From assembly GCF_000253055.1 (NCBI RefSeq), contig NC_016070.1, positions 510,001 through 542,000 of the forward strand: DNA of 32,000 bases. Direction: 5' to 3'. Origin of the DNA: Thermoproteus tenax Kra 1 (GTDB lineage: Archaea; Thermoproteota; Thermoprotei; Thermoproteales; Thermoproteaceae). The notes beneath the pieces are model-generated. The model searched no databases and was not told the origin of the DNA. It saw only the letters and a list, made by a program, of their open reading frames with translations. Positions 24,243 through 32,000 of the stretch are shown here, one piece after another; positions within the stretch are counted from its first letter, which is position 1; each line of letters begins with the position of its first letter. Both the position numbers and the translations under genes were made by a program.

Positions 24243-26828
24243 ATGAGAACGTTGTTGCTAGCGATGTTGCTGACGGCGGCTCTGGCGCTGGCTACGACGT
24301 TCCAGATGTACGAGTTGGGCGGTCCGAGGCATCTCGTTTGGGTGACCATAAACGGGCAGACGGAGAACATATTGGCAGTTCTGCAGGAGTTCTGGCCGAA
24401 CACAGTGCTGTTCCCTGTAGGAGGTATCTACTGGCTCAACACCACGAACCCGACCGAGGCGAGGTACACCATCTTCCCTGCGTACGCCGTCTCACCGTGG
24501 CTCCCCAACGGCAGCCTCATCAATGTGACGTTCACGAGGGCCGAGGCGCTGTTCAACGTCTCCGGCGACCTCCTCAAGAGAGTGAGGTGGGGGATGTACA
24601 CCTTCATCTACAACATCGCCACCCAGGAGGGCACCAGCCCGGCGGAGATACTCCAGGAGCAGAACCCCTTCGTCTCATATGGGCTACAGGTCGTGCTGAA
24701 GGAGGAACCGCAGAAGCCGATACTGGACTGCTTGAGCTACGTGGGGAACAACAGCCTGCCGAGCTTTTGGAGCAGTCCGGGGACGGTCTGGTCCCGCTAC
24801 CACATTCCGTTTAAGCTGTACAATGTGACCTGCCCGGGCAACACGTCATATATAGACATCATCGACGTGGAGTACCGCTGGTGGTACGACGGAGGGAGCA
24901 TGTTGTGCCTCGATTGGCTCTGGTTCAGGCAGAGGGAGTGGTACCTCTCGGGCGGAAGGTATGACATCTTCGGAATCTACCTCCCGAGGTGGGAGGCGCT
25001 GATAAACCAGACAGAACAGCTCTTCAGCGAGCTCTTCAGTGAATCCATTAAAACTACCAACCAAACGCTCAGCCAAGAGCTGTCGAACGAAGCGATACAG
25101 CTCATTTATAAATTACGTGCCATGGAGTCGGCCTCAGACTGCGTCAACTTCAGCGGACTCCCGAGGAACATCACGGCCGTCGTCGGAGGCGGGCATCTCA
25201 GGATCTACGTGGACGGCCAACTTATATGGACGTTGAACGTCTCCGGCGTCTTTATATCGCAGCCGTATTCGGCCGTCGACTGGTTCGGCCCATCTCTTAT
25301 GTCCGGCGCCTACTTCTACGTCGACGAGCCGGCGATGGCCACAGCCCCGCTGGGCTCAGCACTGCTGTTCATAGGGAACGACAGCGTCGTCGCCCCGCCC
25401 AAATACGCCACCAATCTGATATACAGCATCGTCTACTTAGTCGCCTCGACCTCCTTCAGCTGGGAGGGAGGGCTCTCGGTGGGCCCGGGCGAGACGAACG
25501 AGACGTACGTCTACGTCAGGCCGGACGTGAACGCCACGATATACGGCCGCCCCGCCCGCCTGCCCTACATGGCGATAATCTCGCTCGGCTGGCTCAGGGA
25601 GAGGTACTGCCCGTACGGCGACCTGGTCCTCTCGGGCGCGTACAGGAGGATAGGGGGCTCCATCGAGGTGCTGGGCCCCGTCTCTATATCGTGCACCGAG
25701 TACCCAGTGCGCTTCATACTGCCGAACGGCTCCTCGGTCCCGGTGGTCGCGAGGGCGAACTCCACCGTCCGCCTCCCGCCTCTGGCCGTGGACCTGGGCA
25801 ACGGGACGCGTTTGGTCACAGCCGAGGTGGAGGTCAACGCGACGGGCCCCGCGGACGTCGTAGTGCCCGTCGCCCAGCGCCTCTACCGCGTGGAGGTGGA
25901 GACGCCCGTCGGCGTAAACGCCACCTGGGCCCCGGCCGGCGCCGCGATTAAGCTGTCCACCGTAACGCTCCCCAACGGCACCCGGTACGTCCCCATCGCG
26001 CCTGTGGCCGTGAACGTGACCGGGCCGATCGCCGTTGCGCCTAGGTACGAGAGGCAGTACCTCGTCCGCCTCATAGCCCCGGCCAACTCCACGGAGGAGT
26101 GGGCGGACGAGGGGGCCCTCTTCAACGTAACGCTGGCCGACCCGTGGATAGTCGGAAACGGCACCATGTTCTCCGGCCTCCTCGTGAACGGGACCGGGGA
26201 GAGGAGCTGGCGCGTCGTAAAGCCGATAACGCTCGTGGCGGGCTACGCCGAGGTCTACTACTGGGTCTCCGTCGAAACGCCCGTCAACAGAACCGCGGGC
26301 TGGATGCCCAAGGGCGCGGTCCTCGCCTTCCCGGACGTCCTCGACCTCGGCAACGGGACGCGCCTCGTGGGCCCGTCAGTCCAGCGCGTGGTGGTGGAGG
26401 GGCCCGCCAACGTCTCGGTCGCGTACGCAGAGAGGCAGTACTACGTCCAGATAGAGGGCGTCGAGGAGTGGAGCGGGTGGGCCGACGCTGGCTCCGCGCT
26501 GAGGCTGAACTCCACCGTGGTGGACGGAGTGGTCTATAGGCCGCTGGAGGATGTGGTGGTCTCCCGCCCCGGCGTCTACAGGCCGGAGTTCCTCGCCTCC
26601 TACGCGCACGAGTTCAGAGACCTGCTGGGCGTCCCCGACCCGGCCGCGTCGGTGGAGCTCTGCGGCGTGAGGGCCGGCGCCGACCTGGCGGGGAGGGCGT
26701 ACGTGGAGGCCGAGACGGACCGCCTATGCGCGCCGGCTCTCTCGGCCTGGCCCGTCAGCCCGTACACGCTGGCCGCCGTCGCCGCGGCGGCCGCTGCCGC
26801 CTACGCTGCGATCAGGCGGAGGAGGTAG
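24243..26828 (+). CDS. large secreted surface glycoprotein candidate with C-terminal membrane anchor
   Basis: 861 aa. It has a signal-like N-terminus MRTLLLAMLLTAALALATT and a C-terminal PYTLAAVAAAAAAAYAAIRRRR (TM helix plus basic tail). I count about 30 N-x-S/T sequons by hand. The C-terminal half contains repeats of roughly 70-80 aa (Y.V.VETPV..N.TW...GA......LGNGTRLV....V.V.GP..V...Y.RQY). Confidence 0.75.
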   Translation: MRTLLLAMLLTAALALATTFQMYELGGPRHLVWVTINGQTENILAVLQEFWPNTVLFPVGGIYWLNTTNPTEARYTIFPAYAVSPWLPNGSLINVTFTRAEALFNVSGDLLKRVRWGMYTFIYNIATQEGTSPAEILQEQNPFVSYGLQVVLKEEPQKPILDCLSYVGNNSLPSFWSSPGTVWSRYHIPFKLYNVTCPGNTSYIDIIDVEYRWWYDGGSMLCLDWLWFRQREWYLSGGRYDIFGIYLPRWEALINQTEQLFSELFSESIKTTNQTLSQELSNEAIQLIYKLRAMESASDCVNFSGLPRNITAVVGGGHLRIYVDGQLIWTLNVSGVFISQPYSAVDWFGPSLMSGAYFYVDEPAMATAPLGSALLFIGNDSVVAPPKYATNLIYSIVYLVASTSFSWEGGLSVGPGETNETYVYVRPDVNATIYGRPARLPYMAIISLGWLRERYCPYGDLVLSGAYRRIGGSIEVLGPVSISCTEYPVRFILPNGSSVPVVARANSTVRLPPLAVDLGNGTRLVTAEVEVNATGPADVVVPVAQRLYRVEVETPVGVNATWAPAGAAIKLSTVTLPNGTRYVPIAPVAVNVTGPIAVAPRYERQYLVRLIAPANSTEEWADEGALFNVTLADPWIVGNGTMFSGLLVNGTGERSWRVVKPITLVAGYAEVYYWVSVETPVNRTAGWMPKGAVLAFPDVLDLGNGTRLVGPSVQRVVVEGPANVSVAYAERQYYVQIEGVEEWSGWADAGSALRLNSTVVDGVVYRPLEDVVVSRPGVYRPEFLASYAHEFRDLLGVPDPAASVELCGVRAGADLAGRAYVEAETDRLCAPALSAWPVSPYTLAAVAAAAAAAYAAIRRRR

Positions 26829-26864
26829 GAGGAGAGTCCTGCGTAGCAGCGCGTCAGAGCCGCC

Positions 26865-26882
26865 GAAAAACACGCGTTTTTC
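26865..26882 (+). terminator. hairpin plus T5 tract downstream of the second surface-protein gene
   Basis: GAAAAAC-acgc-GTTTTTC: a 7 bp stem whose 3' arm is a T5 run, 37 nt after stop 26828. Confidence 0.4.
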
Positions 26883-27094
26883 CTTCCGCCGAGATCCAGG
26901 GCCTCCCCATTTTTGGGTGGAGCTTGTGGTCGATGGGGAGCGGAAATTCCGCCTAGAGCCCGGCGGACTACGGGCGGCCCTGCGTCCGACATCCCGATAG
27001 GGCGGGGCAGCTCCCACTTTAATTTTGAAAACGTTCGCCAACGGCCACGGGCTCGGATAGTGAGGCCCGCAGGTTGCTCGGCGCTGGCTGGGCA

Positions 27095-27139
27095 GAAGGC
27101 CTCGCCCTTTAGGGCGGGGTCATTCGGTGAAATCTGGGC
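27095..27139 (+). repeat. conserved hairpin element, copy d
   Basis: gaaggCCTCGCCCtttaGGGCGGGGtcattcggtgaaatctgggcc (stem 27100-27107 / 27112-27119). It shares the extra flank tcggt.g.aatctgggc with copy c. Confidence 0.8.
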
Positions 27140-27312
27140 CTGCTCTCGCCCTCGATCTCATCGGCTTGGACAACGTCGTTCTGACCGGCCGACTCTATTC
27201 TCTTGGGATGTTTATGACCGCCACCTTGCTCCCAAGGGCGAGCTCCTCGGTACCACCTTGATTCGAGGAGAGACAAAACCTAGGAAATGTTGTCTCCCCT
27301 TGCGCGAAAGAA

Positions 27313-27324
27313 TTATATTTATAC
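27313..27324 (+). promoter_or_regulatory. TATA-like box for glmS
   Basis: ttatatttatac is centred about 25 nt upstream of ATG 27343. Confidence 0.5.
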
Positions 27325-27342
27325 CGACGCCACCTCCATAAC

Positions 27343-29148
27343 ATGTGTGGAATATTCGGTATAACGCTGGATTCTGAGACCAATCTGGGCGCTCTCCTCC
27401 GGCGTGCTCTGGAGAGGTTGGAGTACAGAGGGTACGACTCGGCGGGGATTGCCGTGGTGGCTCCAAGCGGCGTATTGGTCAAGAAGGATGCGGGGAAAGT
27501 CGCCGAAGTGGCCCAGAGGCTGGGCTTCGATCACGTAAAGGGGGCAACAGGTATTGCGCACACGAGGTGGGCCACTCACGGGAGGCCCACGCAGACTAAC
27601 GCGCATCCACACGTCGATTGCACAGAGACTATAGCGGTCGTGCACAACGGCATCATAGAGAACTACGAGGAGTTGAAGTCAGAGCTTATCGCAAAGGGAC
27701 ACAAGTTCAGGAGCGAGACCGACACGGAGATCTTTGCGCACTTAATGGAAGAGTACGAGAGGATGGGCTTGAGCCCTTGGGAGGCCTTCAAGAGGGCTCT
27801 CTCCAGGATAAGAGGCGCGTACGCCCTCGCCGTAGTAGACTCCAAGGAGCCCGACAAGGTCTTCTTCGCGAGGAACCTATCGCCGCTCATCGTCGGTGTA
27901 GGCGACCGTTTCAATCTGGTCGCCAGCGACGTCCCCACTGTATTGGACCACACGAATAGAGTGATACCCCTCAGAGATGGGGAATACGGCTTCATAACAT
28001 CCAGAGTCATACACGTAGAGTACGACGGAGTTCCGGTGAGAGTAGAGGAGAGAGTGCAGACTATCCCGTGGTCTGCCGATCAAGCCATGCGCGGTGGCTA
28101 TCCCCACTTCATGTTGAAGGAGATCCACGAGCAGCCCGAGGCCATAGCCTCAACTATCGCAGGTCTGGAGCCCAGGCGGTTGGCCGAAATTGCAGAGATG
28201 TTGTTGAGCGCCCACAAGATATACGTCGTAGGCGCCGGCACGTCGTACTACGCCGGCCTTGTCTTTCAACTGGGCCTCGTCTCATATAAACTCGCCGCAG
28301 TGCCCATAATAGCCTCAGAATATGGAACCTACGAGGGCTTGTTCGACAAGGGCGATACGGCTATCGCGATATCTCAGTCTGGGGAGACCATAGACACAAT
28401 AAGGGCGGTCAGAGCCCTCAGAGAGAGAGGCGTGAGGGTAGTAGCGGTGACTAACGTTGTATCCAGCACTCTGGCCCGCGAGAGCGACCTAGTGTTGTAC
28501 ACTAGGGCCGGGCCCGAGATAGGCGTCGCTGCGACGAAGACCTTCACAACGCAGGTCACGTTGTTGTCGGCTCTACATATGGCAATAGGCAGGGCGTTGG
28601 GCGTCGATGTTTCCCCTCAAGAGGCGGCCTTGAAGAGATTGCCTGAGGTCGCCAGAAAGACTTTAGAGTTGAACGAGGGAACAGCCAAGGAGGTCGCAGA
28701 AAAGATGGCGGCCAACCAGAGCGCCTACTACCTCAGCAGGGGCGTAGGGATGCCCGTGGCCCTAGAGGGCGCCCTCAAGATGAAGGAGATAGCGTATATC
28801 CACGCCGAGGCGTATCCTGCCGGCGAGTCCAAACACGGCCCAATAGCGTTGGTCGAGAACAAGTTCCCTGTCGTCTTTGTGTTCTCGGACCCGTCACTGA
28901 AGGAGAAGCTCTTGAACAACGTGGCCGAGATGGCCGCCAGAGACGCCACGATAATAGGAGTGATACCGAGGGGCGACGACGTTGCCAAGAAGCTCAAATA
29001 TGCCTTTGAGGCGCCCCACCTAGATCCCATGTTGAACGCAGCCACCTTCGTCATACCTCTGCAGTTGTTGGCCTACTACACGGCCATTAAGCTGGGCAGG
29101 GACCCAGATAAACCGCGCAACTTGGCCAAGACCGTAACAGTGGAGTAG
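27343..29148 (+). CDS. glmS: glutamine--fructose-6-phosphate aminotransferase (isomerising)
   Basis: 601 aa. N-terminal MCGIFGI (Cys nucleophile), two SIS-domain-like halves and a C-terminal ...LAKTVTVE. Confidence 0.95.
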   Translation: MCGIFGITLDSETNLGALLRRALERLEYRGYDSAGIAVVAPSGVLVKKDAGKVAEVAQRLGFDHVKGATGIAHTRWATHGRPTQTNAHPHVDCTETIAVVHNGIIENYEELKSELIAKGHKFRSETDTEIFAHLMEEYERMGLSPWEAFKRALSRIRGAYALAVVDSKEPDKVFFARNLSPLIVGVGDRFNLVASDVPTVLDHTNRVIPLRDGEYGFITSRVIHVEYDGVPVRVEERVQTIPWSADQAMRGGYPHFMLKEIHEQPEAIASTIAGLEPRRLAEIAEMLLSAHKIYVVGAGTSYYAGLVFQLGLVSYKLAAVPIIASEYGTYEGLFDKGDTAIAISQSGETIDTIRAVRALRERGVRVVAVTNVVSSTLARESDLVLYTRAGPEIGVAATKTFTTQVTLLSALHMAIGRALGVDVSPQEAALKRLPEVARKTLELNEGTAKEVAEKMAANQSAYYLSRGVGMPVALEGALKMKEIAYIHAEAYPAGESKHGPIALVENKFPVVFVFSDPSLKEKLLNNVAEMAARDATIIGVIPRGDDVAKKLKYAFEAPHLDPMLNAATFVIPLQLLAYYTAIKLGRDPDKPRNLAKTVTVE

Positions 29149-29150
29149 CC

Positions 29151-30233
29151 ATGGACATAGTCCCCATAGTCGTCGCCAACGAGCGCCATAGCTCCTTCGA
29201 GCCGCTGACGGGAGGCCTCAAATCCTCGATAAGACTGGGGGGTAAACCGCTTTATCGTTATGTCGCAGATATCCTGTATAAAATTTTCGGTCGCGTCTTT
29301 ATAGCATCAAGCGAGTATATGGAGGGGCCCTATAACTTCTTGGAGGTCAAGGGAACTTCCGCCGAGGAGGCCATCGTAGCAGCTGAGGAGCTCATGGCGA
29401 GCGCCGATAGGCTGTTGATAGCAGACGGATCGATCATAGTCGAGGAGGGCGCTGTCAAGGCGTTGATAGAGACTATGATGTCCGCAGGGGTTGAGAGCGG
29501 GGCGCTGGGCGTCCCCACCAGAGGCGTCCGGGGCCTCCCCCTGGAGGTAGGAGCCGGCAACCTCCTCAGAGGCGTCGGGGGCGAGAGCCAGTTGCTCTAT
29601 GGAGGGATCGCCATACTTCCTCGGAGGGCTGTCAAATTGGCGCAAGATGGACTTAAGTTCTCCTCGATATTACGCGAACTTTCGTCGAACGGCGTCGCCG
29701 TGGCCGTCTGGAGTGGCAGATGGCTCAAGGTCGAGGAGCCCGTGGATCTGATAGATGCCCTAGAGCTTGTGGCGCCGAGCTCCACCTTCATCTCCTCAAA
29801 GGCCAAGATAAGCCCCACGGCAGTAATAGAGGGGCCCGTCTTTGTGGACGAAGGCGCTGAGATAGACCACTATGCGGTCATCAAGGGGCCCGCCTACATT
29901 GGAAGAAACGCCTTCGTGGGCGCCCACGCTCTGGTCAGAAATTTTGCAGATCTTGAGGAGGGGGCCGTGGTGGGCAGTAGCGCGGAGATCACACACAGCT
30001 TAGTGGGTCCCGAGGCCACTGTGGGCAGAGGCTCCTTCGTCTCCTACAGCGTAGTCGGCGCAGGCGCCGTATTGGAGCCCAATGTGGCGACCAGATCTGT
30101 GTTGAGGGAGGGAAGGACGCGTTTACGCCCAATAGAGGTAAGAGGGCGCGAGTTCTACAAGCTTGGGGCTCTGATAGGGCGGGGCGAGAGGATAAGCGCT
30201 GGGGCAGTCTTGGAGCCGGGCAGGGGCTTCTGA
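29151..30233 (+). CDS. nucleotidyltransferase-fold / left-handed beta-helix protein (GlmU-like, divergent N-terminal domain)
   Basis: 360 aa with C-terminal hexapeptide-like repeats (IEGPVFVDEGAEIDHYAVIKGPAYIGRNAFVGAHALV...). The N-terminus PIVVANERHSSFEPLT lacks the G-x-G-T-R loop present in the paralogue at 15916..16995. Confidence 0.6.
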   Translation: MDIVPIVVANERHSSFEPLTGGLKSSIRLGGKPLYRYVADILYKIFGRVFIASSEYMEGPYNFLEVKGTSAEEAIVAAEELMASADRLLIADGSIIVEEGAVKALIETMMSAGVESGALGVPTRGVRGLPLEVGAGNLLRGVGGESQLLYGGIAILPRRAVKLAQDGLKFSSILRELSSNGVAVAVWSGRWLKVEEPVDLIDALELVAPSSTFISSKAKISPTAVIEGPVFVDEGAEIDHYAVIKGPAYIGRNAFVGAHALVRNFADLEEGAVVGSSAEITHSLVGPEATVGRGSFVSYSVVGAGAVLEPNVATRSVLREGRTRLRPIEVRGREFYKLGALIGRGERISAGAVLEPGRGF

Positions 30234-31183
30234 TGAGGCGCTCCATAGCAGACACAAAGGTTGAAGTAACTAGGCTGATCGCGCCGCACCATGTGAACCC
30301 ATTGGGGACTCTCTACGGAGGATATATGCTACATTGGCTCGTCGATGCGGGGTCTATTGTGGCGACAGACCTGGCTGAGGCCAATGTGGCTCTAGGCTAC
30401 CTCGACAGAATGCACTTCGTAGAGCCCATACGCGTCGGCGATATTGTGAAGTTCAGGTCTTGGGTCGTCTACGTAAGAAGAAGCAGTATAACTGTTCTAG
30501 TAGAGTCCTACGTCAAGAGGGGAGATAAAATGCCCTTGGCGACTATTGCGCGTATGATCTTCGTGAAGCTTGGTGAGGACGGAAGGCCTGAGCCCGTCGG
30601 AGCTGAGGTCTATGCGCAAAGCGAGTGGGAGCGCCTCCTCTTGAGCCACTTCTCGGAATGGAGGAACTCAATGGAGCACTTGTTGAGGGAGGAGAGGCCG
30701 GCGGGCGATCTGCCAACTCTCGGCCACCTATTGGTGATGCCTGAAGATACAATCTACGGCAATATCATGTACGGCGGAAAGCTGCTCTATTACTTAGATC
30801 AGCTGGCGGCCATAGCCGCCATGAACTTTAAGCCGAATATATACGTCACAGCGAGCGTCAACTCCATCAACTTCAGAAGGCCGATCCTGGTAGGTGATGT
30901 AATCGAGGTGCAAGCCGATGTGGACTACGTGGGCCGGACGAGCCTTGAGGTCGCCTTTAAGGTCTACGCCAAGGGAACTAGAGGAAGACGCTATGTGGCC
31001 GGAGGATATATGACCTTTGTAAATATGACGGGCGGCAGGCCGACCCCCCTGGGCGAGGAGCTAATAAAAGATCCCGACGCCCTGAGGAGGAAGGAGATCG
31101 GTGTTGCGGAGGCGAAGGCCCTTAGGGCAGTGTACTACTCTGAAGAGGAGCCTGCGTATGCCGCTATGCTTCGAAGGTCTTGA
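30233..31183 (+). CDS. acyl-CoA thioesterase, tandem hotdog domains
   Basis: 316 aa with two similar halves, each carrying a hotdog-type segment (HHVNPLGTLYGGYMLHWLVDAG and NIMYGGKLLYYLDQLAAIAA). Confidence 0.75.
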   Translation: MRRSIADTKVEVTRLIAPHHVNPLGTLYGGYMLHWLVDAGSIVATDLAEANVALGYLDRMHFVEPIRVGDIVKFRSWVVYVRRSSITVLVESYVKRGDKMPLATIARMIFVKLGEDGRPEPVGAEVYAQSEWERLLLSHFSEWRNSMEHLLREERPAGDLPTLGHLLVMPEDTIYGNIMYGGKLLYYLDQLAAIAAMNFKPNIYVTASVNSINFRRPILVGDVIEVQADVDYVGRTSLEVAFKVYAKGTRGRRYVAGGYMTFVNMTGGRPTPLGEELIKDPDALRRKEIGVAEAKALRAVYYSEEEPAYAAMLRRS

Positions 31184-31835
31184 TAATGTCCACTCCGTGG
31201 CTCGAGCCTATACGCGTGGCGCCCGCCTCTATCAACGAGAGGGCTTGTCTGGCGTTTCTAATGCCTCCAGCCGCCTTGATGCCCACGCTGTCGCCAACAG
31301 CCCTCTTGATCAGTTTGACGTCCTCGACGGAGACGCCTCTGGGGCCGTACCCTGTGTTCGTCTTTACAAAGTGCGCGCCGCTCTTGACGACGATCTTGGA
31401 CGCGTGGACGATCTCCTCTTGAGTGAGATACCCGGTCTCTATTATCACCTTGAGGATCACCCCGTAGTCGCGCGCCAGAGCGGCCAGAGCTCTTATATCT
31501 CTTTCAACTAACTCGTAGAGGCCCGCCTTGAATGCACCTATGTTCATCACCATGTCGAGCTCGTCAGCTCCGTCCTCTATAGCGGCCTCCGCCTCAGCCA
31601 ATTTGACTGAGGTCCTTGTTGCGCCGAAGGGGAAACCGACTACCGACATGACTTTGGCCCTACTACCTATGATGGACTTGGCCAAGGATACATACGCCGG
31701 GTTGACCATCACGCCCCAGAAGCCGTAGGTGAGGACCTCTCTGCAATATCTCTCTACGTCGGACGGCGTGGCGGCGGGGTTAAGTATTGTGTGATCTATC
31801 AACTTGGCCAGATCTTCGGCACTCTTTATCTCCAT
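31164..31835 (-). CDS. deoC: deoxyribose-phosphate aldolase
   Basis: 223 aa with LIDHTILNP, KVIIETGYL, FVKTNTGYG (Schiff-base Lys context) and IKAAGGIR. Confidence 0.9.
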   Translation of the reverse strand: MEIKSAEDLAKLIDHTILNPAATPSDVERYCREVLTYGFWGVMVNPAYVSLAKSIIGSRAKVMSVVGFPFGATRTSVKLAEAEAAIEDGADELDMVMNIGAFKAGLYELVERDIRALAALARDYGVILKVIIETGYLTQEEIVHASKIVVKSGAHFVKTNTGYGPRGVSVEDVKLIKRAVGDSVGIKAAGGIRNARQALSLIEAGATRIGSSHGVDIIKTFEA

Positions 31836-31850
31836 AGTTGAGTAGTGAAT

Positions 31851-31866
31851 CTTTAATATTTAATGC
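31851..31866. promoter_or_regulatory. AT-rich bidirectional promoter-like element
   Basis: ctttaatatttaatgc is centred about 23 nt from deoC ATG 31835 (minus strand) and about 21 nt from GTG 31879 (plus strand). Confidence 0.4.
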
Positions 31867-31878
31867 GTCGGCAGCTCG

Positions 31879-32000
31879 GTGCTAATCGACTCCGTACTGT
31901 CGAATCTAGTGGTCCTCGCTCTGGTCTACAACAACGCCCTAGTCGTGTTGGGGCCCACTGTGTGGAGCGGCCTCAATCCCAGAAGGGCCTTGGTGGTCGC
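31879..32000 (+). CDS. possible start of a membrane protein (3' end outside the window)
   Basis: The frame from GTG 31879 is open to the window edge and gives a hydrophobic VLIDSVLSNLVVLALVYNNALVVLGPTVW. Only 40 codons are visible. Confidence 0.3.
   Translation, partial: MLIDSVLSNLVVLALVYNNALVVLGPTVWSGLNPRRALVV

Noticed and set aside
25226-26539. Off-frame ORFs of 241 aa and 146 aa inside the second surface-protein gene.
   Set aside because: Extreme R/G/P composition in the most GC-rich part of the gene. The main frame has the signal, the repeats and the anchor.
26913-27341. 142 aa ORF filling the spacer upstream of glmS, and minus-strand ORFs 27195..27645 overlapping glmS.
   Set aside because: They have R/G/P/S-rich low-complexity products and no start-site context. 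They cross hairpin copy d and the glmS promoter.

Overview
This 32 kb window looks like a chromosomal segment of a hyperthermophilic crenarchaeon of the Thermoproteales type; the taxon is an inference. Support: the background is about 55-60% GC by hand counts, AT-rich TATA-like boxes sit about 20-27 nt upstream of start codons (leaderless transcripts), and many genes are coupled by ATGA or TAATG overlaps. Most of the window is ordinary core genome. This includes a DUF35/acyl-CoA dehydrogenase cluster, a molybdopterin oxidoreductase, ribosomal proteins L44e/S27e and S19e/L39e/L31e, and a GINS-PriS-PCNA replication operon. It also includes TFS, Rpo7 and Spt4, GlmS with sugar-nucleotidyltransferases, a thioesterase and DeoC. 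I found no rRNA, tRNA, CRISPR array, integrase or transposase. Four things stand out. (1) An accessory island at about 10.2-15.25 kb follows rpl31e directly. It encodes a minimal XPD/DinG-like Fe-S helicase, a membrane-anchored HerA/FtsK-like ATPase, a winged-helix protein, a membrane M48 metalloprotease and several small proteins. Its base composition is extremely mosaic, with patches of about 10% GC and a block of about 75% GC inside or between intact, translationally coupled ORFs. (2) A conserved hairpin element of about 40 nt occurs six times, mostly at gene 3' ends, and an inverted pair brackets the island operon. (3) A coupled HIT / ABC-type ATPase / PIN operon resembles ATPase-plus-nuclease defence modules. 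(4) Two giant sequon-rich surface proteins are present, one carrying a C15 homopolymer tract. All functional calls come from motif recognition by eye; no database searches were run.
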